From Candidatus Bathyarchaeia archaeon (GTDB taxonomy: Archaea > Thermoproteota > Bathyarchaeia > Bathyarchaeales > Bathycorpusculaceae): a stretch of 64,000 nt of DNA. Location of the stretch: the NCBI GenBank assembly GCA_050010755.1, contig JBEKKK010000002.1:128001-192000 (forward strand), given 5' to 3'. A model generated the notes under the pieces. It saw only the letters and a list, made by a program, of their open reading frames with translations, did no database searches and was not told the DNA's origin. Positions 37,726 through 46,532 of the stretch are shown in pieces. Positions within the stretch are counted from its first letter, which is position 1, and each line of letters begins with the position of its first letter. Both the position numbers and the translations under genes were made by a program.

Positions 37726-38514
37726 TTGGACGTAATTGTCTGTGTCAAGCATGTTCCGGAAACTGCTGAGGCAGAGTTGAAAATTGACTCCACCGGCAAA
37801 GCCATTGACAAGACAGGCTTGGTATTTGACATCAACGAATGGGACGATTATGCGTTGGAGGAAGCGGTGCGCATGAAGGAAAAGCAGGGAGGAACAGTCA
37901 CTGCCATAACCATAGGCGCTGAGGACTCTGACACTACCCTTAGAAAATGTCTTGCCCGAGGAGCCGACAAAGCCATAAGGCTTTCAGACCCGAAGTTCAA
38001 CGATTCAGATGGCTACGCTATAGCAAAAATCTTGCACAGCGTAATCAAGACTCTTCATTTCGACTTAATCCTGACAGGAATGCAAGCAGGCGACGACGGT
38101 CAAGCCATCGTGGGCCCCATTCTTGCGGAAATGCTCAAGATCCCTCATGCGACGATGGTAAAAAAAATCGAGCTTGCTCCAGGAATGGCTAAAGTCAACA
38201 GAGAACTCGAAGGCGGATTGGAAGAGCAGCTTGAAGTGAAAATGCCCGCGTTGCTTTCGGTTCAGACTGGAATAAACGAGCCAAGATACGTTTCAATAAT
38301 GGGCATCAGAAAAGCCATGCAGAAAGAAATAAAACTCATGACCCTAGCAGACACCGGGCTAACTGAGAACGATGTCGGTGCAGCAGGCTCGTGGATCAGA
38401 ATAGAAAAGATGTACGTTCCACCCGTGGAGAAACAGGCAGAATTCATCAAGGGAAGCCCCGACGAAATCGCGACAAGAGTGACTGAAATTCTCAAGTCAA
38501 GGGGGTTGATATAA
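37726..38514 (+). CDS. etfB: Electron transfer flavoprotein beta subunit
   Basis: IVCVKHVP, INEWDDYALEEAVR, LARGADKA, G.QA.D...VGP, NEPRY. Confidence 0.95.
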   Translation: MDVIVCVKHVPETAEAELKIDSTGKAIDKTGLVFDINEWDDYALEEAVRMKEKQGGTVTAITIGAEDSDTTLRKCLARGADKAIRLSDPKFNDSDGYAIAKILHSVIKTLHFDLILTGMQAGDDGQAIVGPILAEMLKIPHATMVKKIELAPGMAKVNRELEGGLEEQLEVKMPALLSVQTGINEPRYVSIMGIRKAMQKEIKLMTLADTGLTENDVGAAGSWIRIEKMYVPPVEKQAEFIKGSPDEIATRVTEILKSRGLI

Positions 38515-38515
38515 G

Positions 38516-39511
38516 ATGACAGAAATCTTCGTTTTAGCTGAACACCGACAAGGGCAACTCAGAGACATAACCTATGAGATGCTCACGAAAGCGCGAGAAC
38601 TATCAGAAAAGACTGGCTCAGAACTAACCGCCCTTCTCCTCGGCAAAGACGTGAAAGAACACGCAAAGATGCTGACAGAATACGCGAAAACCGTTGTATT
38701 AGTTGAAGATGCCAGACTTGAAAACTTCAACTCTGAAGCTTACAAGAAAATCCTGTCAAACCTAATCACCCAACACAAGCCTCTGCTGGTCATGATGGGC
38801 CACACCTCCTACGGCGTGGACCTTGCCCCGAGACTCGCAACAGCGCTGAACCTGCCGCTCGCAACAGACTGCATAGATCTAGCGTTTGAAAACGGCGCGC
38901 TTACAATGACTCGGCAAATGTTCGGCGGCAAGGTAAACGTAAAAGCCGCCGCCAGAAGAGCTGAAACCTACATCACAACAGTTCGTCAGGCGACGTTTGC
39001 GCCGCAAAAGCCTTCACTGCCTCCAAACGGGCAAATCGTCGAGACAGCTTCAACCCTGACGGAGGAAATAGCCGAAAAGCGTTTCATACAGTATGTCTTG
39101 CCTCCCTCCGGCGGGGTTGATATCACGGCCGCTGAAAAACTTGTGGGAATCGGTCGGGGAATAAAAGACGTCGCAAACATGCCAGTAGCCGATGAACTCG
39201 CAAAAACATTAGGCGGAGTACTTGCCTGTTCACGCCCAATCGTGGACAAAGGATGGCTTCCCACGGATCGTCAAGTGGGCACTTCCGGAAAGACTGTGAA
39301 ACCAAAACTGTATCTCGCCCTCGGAATCAGCGGTGCGTTCCAACACGTACTCGGAATGAAAAGCTCAGACCTGATAATAGCCGTGAACAAAGACCCCAAA
39401 GCACCAATCTTCAGCTACGCCGACTTCGCTATAGTCGAAGACCTCTTCAAAATTGTTCCCTCACTTAAGAACAAAATAAATGAGTCAAAAACGCAGAAAA
39501 CATGTAAGTAA
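38516..39511 (+). CDS. etfA: Electron transfer flavoprotein alpha subunit
   Basis: LAPRLA, GIGRG, CSRPIVD.GW, QVGTSGKTVKPKLY, GISGAFQHVLGM, AVNKD..APIF. Confidence 0.95.
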   Translation: MTEIFVLAEHRQGQLRDITYEMLTKARELSEKTGSELTALLLGKDVKEHAKMLTEYAKTVVLVEDARLENFNSEAYKKILSNLITQHKPLLVMMGHTSYGVDLAPRLATALNLPLATDCIDLAFENGALTMTRQMFGGKVNVKAAARRAETYITTVRQATFAPQKPSLPPNGQIVETASTLTEEIAEKRFIQYVLPPSGGVDITAAEKLVGIGRGIKDVANMPVADELAKTLGGVLACSRPIVDKGWLPTDRQVGTSGKTVKPKLYLALGISGAFQHVLGMKSSDLIIAVNKDPKAPIFSYADFAIVEDLFKIVPSLKNKINESKTQKTCK

Positions 39512-39528
39512 TTAGGAGAGAAGAACAG

Positions 39529-40680
39529 ATGGACTTCAAACTGAACGATGAACAACAGGAGATAAAACGTGCAGTTCGCGAATTCTGCACCAAAGAATTC
39601 ACTCCAGAACTTGCTTTGGAGCTTGACCAAAAAGAAGAGTTCCCGATGACCCTCTACAAAAAGGCCGCACAGCTCGGGTTCACCAGCATGAGAATACCGC
39701 AGGAATACGAAGGACAAGGGTACGGCGTGTTCGAAGACTGTTTGGCAGTCGAAGAAATGTGCAGAGCAGACCCAGGCCTTGGAGTCGCAGTCTCGCTTGG
39801 GAACCTCATGGTGCCAGATGTCCTCCTGAAACATGGAAATGAAGAACAAAAAAAGAAATACATTCCACCCCTTGCGAGGGGCGACAAAATAGCCGCAGCA
39901 GCATTCACCGAACCCGAGCACGGCAGCGACATAACACGCATGGACTCAACCGCGGTAAAAAGCGGAAACGAATGGACCATCAACGGAGCAAAAGAATTCA
40001 TCACAAACGCCACCACCGCTGACACGCTCATCCTACTCTGCCAATCAGACCCAAACGCTCAACCTTCACACCGAGGACAAAGCATCTTCCTCGCAGAGAA
40101 AGGCATGTGCGGGCTCGAAGCAACCAAACTGCACGGGAAGATGGGCATAAAACCATGCGTAACAGGCTCGCTTTCAATGGCCGACCTCAAGGTGCCCGAA
40201 ACCAATCTAGTGGGCGAACAGGGAAAAGGCTTCTACTACACGCTCGAACTCTTCGACGGAACCAGAATAACCGTCGCGGCTCAAGCAGTCGGCACTGCCC
40301 AAGGAGCCTTTGAACGAGCACTAGCTTACGCGAAGACTCGGAAACAATTCGGGCAACCTATAATCAGCTTCGAGGGCATCAGCTTCAAACTCGCAGAGAT
40401 GATGATAAAGATCGAGTCTGCAAGGCTAATGACGTACAAGGCGGCATGGCTCTACGATAAAGAAAAACCGAACGCCGTGGCCACCTCGATGGCCAAGGCC
40501 TACGCAGGCCGCGTCGCAATGGAAGTGACGGACGATGCCATACAAATCTTCGGAGGCTATGGTTACCTCGCTGATTACCACGTCGAACGATTCCACAGAT
40601 GCGCAAAAATAACGGAAATCTATGAAGGCACGAGCGAGATGCAAAAATATACAATAGCCAACTACTTGGCCAAACAATAG
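39529..40680 (+). CDS. Acyl-CoA dehydrogenase
   Basis: AFTEPEHGSD, NGAKEFITN, KMG, RKQFGQPI, QIFGGYGY, IYEGTSEMQ. Confidence 0.95.
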   Translation: MDFKLNDEQQEIKRAVREFCTKEFTPELALELDQKEEFPMTLYKKAAQLGFTSMRIPQEYEGQGYGVFEDCLAVEEMCRADPGLGVAVSLGNLMVPDVLLKHGNEEQKKKYIPPLARGDKIAAAAFTEPEHGSDITRMDSTAVKSGNEWTINGAKEFITNATTADTLILLCQSDPNAQPSHRGQSIFLAEKGMCGLEATKLHGKMGIKPCVTGSLSMADLKVPETNLVGEQGKGFYYTLELFDGTRITVAAQAVGTAQGAFERALAYAKTRKQFGQPIISFEGISFKLAEMMIKIESARLMTYKAAWLYDKEKPNAVATSMAKAYAGRVAMEVTDDAIQIFGGYGYLADYHVERFHRCAKITEIYEGTSEMQKYTIANYLAKQ

Positions 40681-40781
40681 CCAGTCCCTTTCTTTCTTTT
40701 TCGATTCGCGATCTAGCACAAATTCACAAGTTTTATTACCATTCTCCGTGCACTCTGGAATGTCCAACCGGGGAAACGATA

Positions 40782-41972
40782 ATGACAGTTGAAATTATAA
40801 AAAGGGCAGCGGTCATCGGTTCTGGTTCAATGGGCCATGGGATAACTCAACTGTTGGCGATGAACGGGTGCGAAGTCACCATGGTGGATATCAATGATGA
40901 AATACTGCAGAAAGCCAAGGAAAAAATAAAGTGGAGCCTCGGCAAATTCGCTGAGAAGAGACGCATAAGACAAGAAGACGCCGACGCGGCACTGGCCCGA
41001 ATTGCCACCGCTACCAGTTACGAACAAGCAGGCAAGGACATTGATTTTGCAATAGAGGCTTCTCCCGAAAACATGGAGTTGAAGAAAACCGTGCTCGCCA
41101 AGCTTGACCAAGTCGCCCCTCCTCATGCTATACTGGCGTCTAATACCTCAACGCTTAGCATCACGGAAATGGGAAAAGCAACGAAACGTCCAGACAAAGT
41201 GGCAGGGATGCACTTCTTCAACCCGCCTCAAATGATGGCGTTGGTCGAAGTCATTAAGGGAGATGGCACAAGCCCAGAAACCCTGACAACCTTGGCGGAG
41301 CTTGCTAAGAGACTTGGAAAAACACCCATAATCGTGAGAAAGGACGTGCGAGGCTTCGTCGTCAACCGTGTGCTCGGAGCTGTTTTCAACGAGGCCTTCT
41401 GGGCTTACCAACGGAAGGAAGCAACCATGGAGGGAATTGACGCTTCAGTAAAGTATACGGGCGGTTTCCCGATGGGATGGTTCGAACTCGCCGACTTTGT
41501 CGGACTCGACATAGCCTATGAGGTTGGGAAAATACTCTACGGAGCCTACGGAGAAAGGTTCAAACCGTGCTCAGAAGTAATCGACCCCTTGATAAAAGAT
41601 CACAAGTTCGGACAGAAAACAGGCGTGGGCTTCTACGACTGGACAAAGGGTCGGCCGAGAATACCCTTTAACATGCTGGACGAGTATGACGTCGACAGGT
41701 CATGGGCAGTCGCTGCGAACGAGGCTGCCTGGCTAATTTATGATGACGCCGCAAACCCCGAGGACATCGACACCGGGATGAAACTTGGAACGTACTGGCC
41801 CTCGGGTCCATGCGAACACGCAGACAGAGCAGGGCTAGACACGATCGTCGGCAAGCTTAAAGAGCTGTACGCAAAGTACAATATGGAAATGTACAAACCT
41901 TGCCCCATAATCGAAGAATATGTGAGCAAGGGTTGGACTGGAAAAAAAGTTGGAAGGGGATTCTACAAATGA
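40782..41972 (+). CDS. 3-hydroxyacyl-CoA dehydrogenase with duplicated C-terminal domain
   Basis: GSGSMGHGI, ASNTSTL, GMHFFNPP, GFVVNR, PMG..ELAD.VGLD; second helical domain ending GKKVGRGFY. Confidence 0.93.
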   Translation: MTVEIIKRAAVIGSGSMGHGITQLLAMNGCEVTMVDINDEILQKAKEKIKWSLGKFAEKRRIRQEDADAALARIATATSYEQAGKDIDFAIEASPENMELKKTVLAKLDQVAPPHAILASNTSTLSITEMGKATKRPDKVAGMHFFNPPQMMALVEVIKGDGTSPETLTTLAELAKRLGKTPIIVRKDVRGFVVNRVLGAVFNEAFWAYQRKEATMEGIDASVKYTGGFPMGWFELADFVGLDIAYEVGKILYGAYGERFKPCSEVIDPLIKDHKFGQKTGVGFYDWTKGRPRIPFNMLDEYDVDRSWAVAANEAAWLIYDDAANPEDIDTGMKLGTYWPSGPCEHADRAGLDTIVGKLKELYAKYNMEMYKPCPIIEEYVSKGWTGKKVGRGFYK

Positions 41973-43123
41973 AATTCGAGTTGACTGAAGAACAGCTTCA
42001 CATCAAGAATGCCGTCAGAGAGTTCTGCCAAAAAGAGTTCAAGCTTGAAATGGCGCTGGAGCTTGACAAAAAAGAGGAATATCCGCTGGACCTGTACAAG
42101 GCCGCTGCGAAGCTGGGTTTCACAAGCATGGCTTTTCCAGAAGATTACGGTGGTCAAGGATGTGGTCTGCTAGAGACTTGCATCGTAGTGGAAGAAATGT
42201 GCAGGGGCGACTCCTCCTTAGGTGTGGCGATTTCGAGCGGTAACTTCGGAAGCGAATTCATACTCGAACACGGATCAAAAGAGCAGAAAGAAAAATACCT
42301 GCCCCCCATATGCAAGGGCGACTATCTTTCAGCCGCAGCTTTCACTGAGCCAAACGTGAGCGGAAGCGAAATAACCAAAATGGAAACCGCGGCAACAAAA
42401 TACGGAAACGAATGGTGGATAAGCGGCCAGAAGACCTTCATAACAAACGCCACTATGGCGGATTTCATCGTTGTCCTCGCACAAACCGACGCTAAAATCA
42501 GGCCAACTCACCGTGGAGAAACACTTTTCGTGGTAGAAAAAGGAACCGCGGGCTTCGAAGCCACGAAGCTCCACAACAAAATGGGAATAAGAGCCTCCAC
42601 GACGGGCGAACTCAACTTCGACAACGTCAAAGTCACAGACTGGAACATAGTCGGCGAACTGAACAAAGGCTTCTACTACTCCATGGCATTCTTCGACAAG
42701 ACAAGAGTAGGCGTTGCAGCACAAGCCACAGGAATGGCGCAGGGAGCATGGGAAATAGCCTTCAAGTACGCAAAACAGAGAGAAGCCTTCGGAGCTCCGA
42801 TACTGCAGCACGAAGCAATCGGCGTAACACTCGCTGAGATGGCTACGAAAATCGAAGCCGCAAGACTGCTAACGTACAAAGCGGCTTCATTAGTTGACGA
42901 AGGAAAAATGGATCCAATGGCGACGGCGATGGCGAAGTACTACGCTTCTCACGTTGCAATGGAAGCCACGAACGCGGCAATCCAGACTATGGGAGGCTAC
43001 GGATACTTCGGCGAGTACCGAGTTGAAAAATATCATCGTGACGCAAAAATAACTGAAATCTACGAAGGAACTTCCGAAATCCAGAAGCTACAGGTGCTCA
43101 AGTACCTCCTCAGCAAATACTAG
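41969..43123 (+). CDS. Acyl-CoA dehydrogenase (second paralog)
   Basis: AFTEPNVSGSE, GQKTFITN, KMGIRAS.T, REAFG, QTMGGYGY, IYEGTSEIQ. Confidence 0.95.
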   Translation: MKFELTEEQLHIKNAVREFCQKEFKLEMALELDKKEEYPLDLYKAAAKLGFTSMAFPEDYGGQGCGLLETCIVVEEMCRGDSSLGVAISSGNFGSEFILEHGSKEQKEKYLPPICKGDYLSAAAFTEPNVSGSEITKMETAATKYGNEWWISGQKTFITNATMADFIVVLAQTDAKIRPTHRGETLFVVEKGTAGFEATKLHNKMGIRASTTGELNFDNVKVTDWNIVGELNKGFYYSMAFFDKTRVGVAAQATGMAQGAWEIAFKYAKQREAFGAPILQHEAIGVTLAEMATKIEAARLLTYKAASLVDEGKMDPMATAMAKYYASHVAMEATNAAIQTMGGYGYFGEYRVEKYHRDAKITEIYEGTSEIQKLQVLKYLLSKY

Positions 43124-43180
43124 CAAACCATCTAAAAAAGTAATATATTCACAGTCAAGATACACTGTAGTAGGTGACAC

Positions 43181-43972
43181 TTGTTGAGCAAATCGTATGA
43201 AACCATTAAAGTGGAAAGAGAACAGAACACTTTGTGGATAATACTGAACAGACAACACCGTTTGAACGCATTCAACGACGTTATGCTCGAGGAGCTCAGC
43301 GACATACTCGAAACCGCTGAGAAAGACTCCACTGTCAAGTGCGTCGTAATCACTGGTGACGGAGACAGAGCCTTCAGCGCAGGTGCAGACGTAACCATGT
43401 TTCCGAAGGCAACCCCTGTGAAAGCCGAAGAATTCTCAAGAGCAGGCCAGAAAACTTTCGGCAAGATAGAAGAAATGAGCAAACCGGTAATCGCGGCGAT
43501 CAATGGCTTCGCGCTCGGCGGCGGCTTGGAGCTAGCCTTGGCGTGCGACTTCAGAGTGGCTGCAGAACACGCAGAGCTTGGAAGCCCCGAAATTGCCTTG
43601 GGGCTAATCCCTGGATGGGGCGGGACCCAAAGACTCGTCAGAACCATAGGATTGCCAAGAGCCAAGGATCTTGTGATGCTCGGAACCAGAGTGAAAGCTG
43701 ATGAGGCTCTGAGAATAGGATTGGTGCATAAGGTCGTGCATTACGAGAAGCTTCGAGAAGAGGTCGGGGAGATGGCGAAGAAACTTTCAGAAGGTCCGCC
43801 GATTGCTATGAAATACGCTAAAAGCGCCCTAAACTACGGAACACAAGTGCCTCTGGAAGCAGGATTGAGATTGGAAGCAGGGTTAATGGGCTTGGCATTT
43901 TCCACTGAGGATCTGAAGGAGGGCGTCGAGGCCATGATGTCCAAGAGGAAAGCCGAGTTCAAAGGCAAATGA
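43181..43972 (+). CDS. Enoyl-CoA hydratase (crotonase family)
   Basis: LNR..RLNA, AFSAGAD, INGFALGGGLELALACD, PEIALGLIPGWGGTQRL. Confidence 0.93.
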   Translation: MLSKSYETIKVEREQNTLWIILNRQHRLNAFNDVMLEELSDILETAEKDSTVKCVVITGDGDRAFSAGADVTMFPKATPVKAEEFSRAGQKTFGKIEEMSKPVIAAINGFALGGGLELALACDFRVAAEHAELGSPEIALGLIPGWGGTQRLVRTIGLPRAKDLVMLGTRVKADEALRIGLVHKVVHYEKLREEVGEMAKKLSEGPPIAMKYAKSALNYGTQVPLEAGLRLEAGLMGLAFSTEDLKEGVEAMMSKRKAEFKGK

Positions 43973-44032
43973 TCTCTCCCCCGCTTTTCACATTTATTTC
44001 AAAGTAAACCAAAATTGAAGGATGTGGTTAGG

Positions 44033-45205
44033 TTGAGAAAGGTAGCGGTTATAGGCGCAGGTTGCTCGAAGTTCGGCGCCAGAAACGATGTAACCATTTC
44101 AGAACTCGCTTTTGAAGCAGTCAAGCCCTCTCTCGAGGACGCTGGTCTGGCCGCGGAAGACATGGAATTCGTTGCTCTCGGCTCAGTAGGGGCTGGAGCA
44201 TGGTACGAAGAGCTTCTTCCAGCAGTCGTGATTTCAGAGTATTGCGGCATGACAAAGGCGGGGCTAGTTCGCTGCGAAGCTGCGTGTGCAAGCGGAAGCG
44301 CGGCTTTCTTCACTGCCTATTCGGCTATTGCGAGCGGCCAGGCTGAGATTGCAATGGCGTTGGGCGCTGAAAAGATGAGGGAAATAGATTCTGCTACGGC
44401 CATGGAGTGGATCGGAAGAGCGGGGTATTACCTATGGGAATTCCACAACTTCGGCGTCACGTTCCCTGCGTACTATGCACTTTACGCGAGCGCACACATG
44501 GCCAAGTACGGGACCACTGAGGAAGACTTGGCCCTAGTTGCCGTTAAGAACCACAAGTACGGTTCAATGAACCCCATCGCGCATCTGCGAAACCGAGTTA
44601 CCGTTGAAGACGTGTTGTCCTCGATGGTCATCGCCTACCCTCTCAAACTGTTCGACTGCTGCCCCCTAACCGATGGAGCTTCCTCCCTGATTCTTGCTTC
44701 TGAGGAAAAAGTCAAGGAACTGAAGATTGACACGCCCATCTGGGTGGCTGGAATAGGCTATTCATCAGGGACAGCAAACCTGAGCAAGAGATCAGACTTC
44801 GTCGGGTTGGAGGCCAGTGTACTGGCTTCTCAGAGAGCCTACGCGGCCGCTGGCATCACGCCGGATAAGGTTGAGGCCGCGGAAGTGCATGACTGCTTCA
44901 CCATCGCGGAGATAATGGCCTACGAAGACATTGGGTTGTGCAAAAAGGGGGAGGGCGTCAAACTCTTGAGGGGAGGACAGACTGAGATAGGCGGAAAGAT
45001 ACCAGTAAACGTGGACGGTGGACTGAAGGCGAAGGGGCATCCAATAGGTACGACGGGTTGTGCAATGATTTACGAGCTGACTAAGCAGCTAAGAGAAGAA
45101 GCAGTTGAAAAGACAAGACAGGTACCGTTCAAAAACTACATAGCCCTTGCCCACAACGTCGGCGGAACTGGTCACTACTGCTACGTCACGATACTTAAGA
45201 GGTGA
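44033..45205 (+). CDS. Archaeal (SCP2-like) thiolase / acetyl-CoA C-acyltransferase
   Basis: EAACASGS, DCCPLTDGA, EVHDCFT, GGLKAKGHPIGTTG, HNVGG. Confidence 0.93.
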   Translation: MRKVAVIGAGCSKFGARNDVTISELAFEAVKPSLEDAGLAAEDMEFVALGSVGAGAWYEELLPAVVISEYCGMTKAGLVRCEAACASGSAAFFTAYSAIASGQAEIAMALGAEKMREIDSATAMEWIGRAGYYLWEFHNFGVTFPAYYALYASAHMAKYGTTEEDLALVAVKNHKYGSMNPIAHLRNRVTVEDVLSSMVIAYPLKLFDCCPLTDGASSLILASEEKVKELKIDTPIWVAGIGYSSGTANLSKRSDFVGLEASVLASQRAYAAAGITPDKVEAAEVHDCFTIAEIMAYEDIGLCKKGEGVKLLRGGQTEIGGKIPVNVDGGLKAKGHPIGTTGCAMIYELTKQLREEAVEKTRQVPFKNYIALAHNVGGTGHYCYVTILKR

Positions 45206-45210
45206 GTCAT

Positions 45211-45642
45211 GTGTCGATGCCATCAATCAAATCCAGAAAAATAGACATCGTTCAAGAGATCCCGATAAGCAAGAGTCTGAAGTTCTGGCAGGGCCTCAAA
45301 GAAGGAAAAATCTACGCCACCAAGTGCAAAGCTTGTGGAAAAATATTCTTCCCTCCCAACGCCGATTGCCCCGAGTGCTTGACCACAGATTTGGATTGGG
45401 TCGAGCTCAGCAACGAAGCAGAAATCGAAACCTTCACGCACGTCGTGATAAGGCCCACCACTTTCCAACAAAACAAGCCATACACCGTAGCAATCGGAAA
45501 GCTGAAAGAGGGCGTAAAAGTCCTTGCATGGCTGTCAGGATTCAAACTTTCAGAAATCAAAGTTGGAATGAAAGTGAAACTGGTCGCCAAAACCTCGACG
45601 GAAGGAAACCCAACATACGAGTTCGTGCCGCTTCAGCAGTAA
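45211..45642 (+). CDS. DUF35 Zn-ribbon/OB-fold protein (thiolase partner)
   Basis: FWQGLKEGK, CKACG..FFPP..DCPEC, OB-fold IKVGMKV; abuts the thiolase. Confidence 0.92.
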   Translation: MSMPSIKSRKIDIVQEIPISKSLKFWQGLKEGKIYATKCKACGKIFFPPNADCPECLTTDLDWVELSNEAEIETFTHVVIRPTTFQQNKPYTVAIGKLKEGVKVLAWLSGFKLSEIKVGMKVKLVAKTSTEGNPTYEFVPLQQ

Positions 45643-45661
45643 AAGCCTCTGCTCGGAAGAC

Positions 45662-46465
45662 TTACTTCCAATTTTCTATCCACTCCATCGTTTTCGAAAT
45701 CAACTCGTCCTCCTTCTCCTCATATGTGGGGTCTGCAGATTTTATCACTAGAAGTGTTTTCGGATCGTGAGCCGAAGAGAAGACCTCCCGTGCCTCATCT
45801 TCACCGTGAATCACGTCCGAGTCTCCAATCACAATTAGTACCGGAACGTTCTTCAGTTTTGAAACTTCTTCACACTCATTCAGTTTCATGAGTTTTTCTC
45901 TTACATATCTCAGCCGCAAGTTTATCCCGAAAACTTCAAGTCTGAACAACCTCGAAACGTTCAAGAACCGATCTATTCTGGAAAGTACCAGGAACGTGTA
46001 GAGACCTGACTTCCCTCTTGTGCGGGTAATGAACTTCTTAACGTTATAGTCGTGGTCCTTGGGAGGAGACCAGAGGGCAAGCCCCTTTATCCGCTTCTCG
46101 TTCTGGGCTGCATAGAGTGACACAGCCGCGCCCAAGCTGTGCCCGACAATGAAAATGCTATCAGGCTTGACCTCAGATCTGGAGGCTAAGTAGTTCAGGG
46201 CGCACTTCACGTCTTGTTGTTCACCGAAGCCGTAGTCAAATTCGCCGCTGCTTTTCCCGACTCCGCGAAAATCGAATACAAACGAAACAAACCCGCTCAG
46301 GCAGGCTCTTTCAGCCAACATAGAGTAGATTTTCAATCCATGATAGCCGCGAACATCCATAAAGTGACAAATCAGGATTCCAGGCGCAGGATAGTGATCT
46401 GGAACTCGCAACTCGCCGTAAAGCTTCGCATTTCCGCATTGTATCCACGCTTCTTCGGTTTTCAC
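45662..46465 (-). CDS. Alpha/beta-fold hydrolase
   Basis: FDFRGVGKSSG, GHSLG nucleophile elbow, PVLIVIGDSD; GTG start 46465 avoids overlap with the next gene. Confidence 0.85.
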   Translation of the reverse strand: MKTEEAWIQCGNAKLYGELRVPDHYPAPGILICHFMDVRGYHGLKIYSMLAERACLSGFVSFVFDFRGVGKSSGEFDYGFGEQQDVKCALNYLASRSEVKPDSIFIVGHSLGAAVSLYAAQNEKRIKGLALWSPPKDHDYNVKKFITRTRGKSGLYTFLVLSRIDRFLNVSRLFRLEVFGINLRLRYVREKLMKLNECEEVSKLKNVPVLIVIGDSDVIHGEDEAREVFSSAHDPKTLLVIKSADPTYEEKEDELISKTMEWIENWK

Positions 46466-46532
46466 TGACGATCCATCCGAGGAAAATATTATTACTTTCA
46501 ACCGCCCCATATATTTAAGAATAGGGCTGTTT

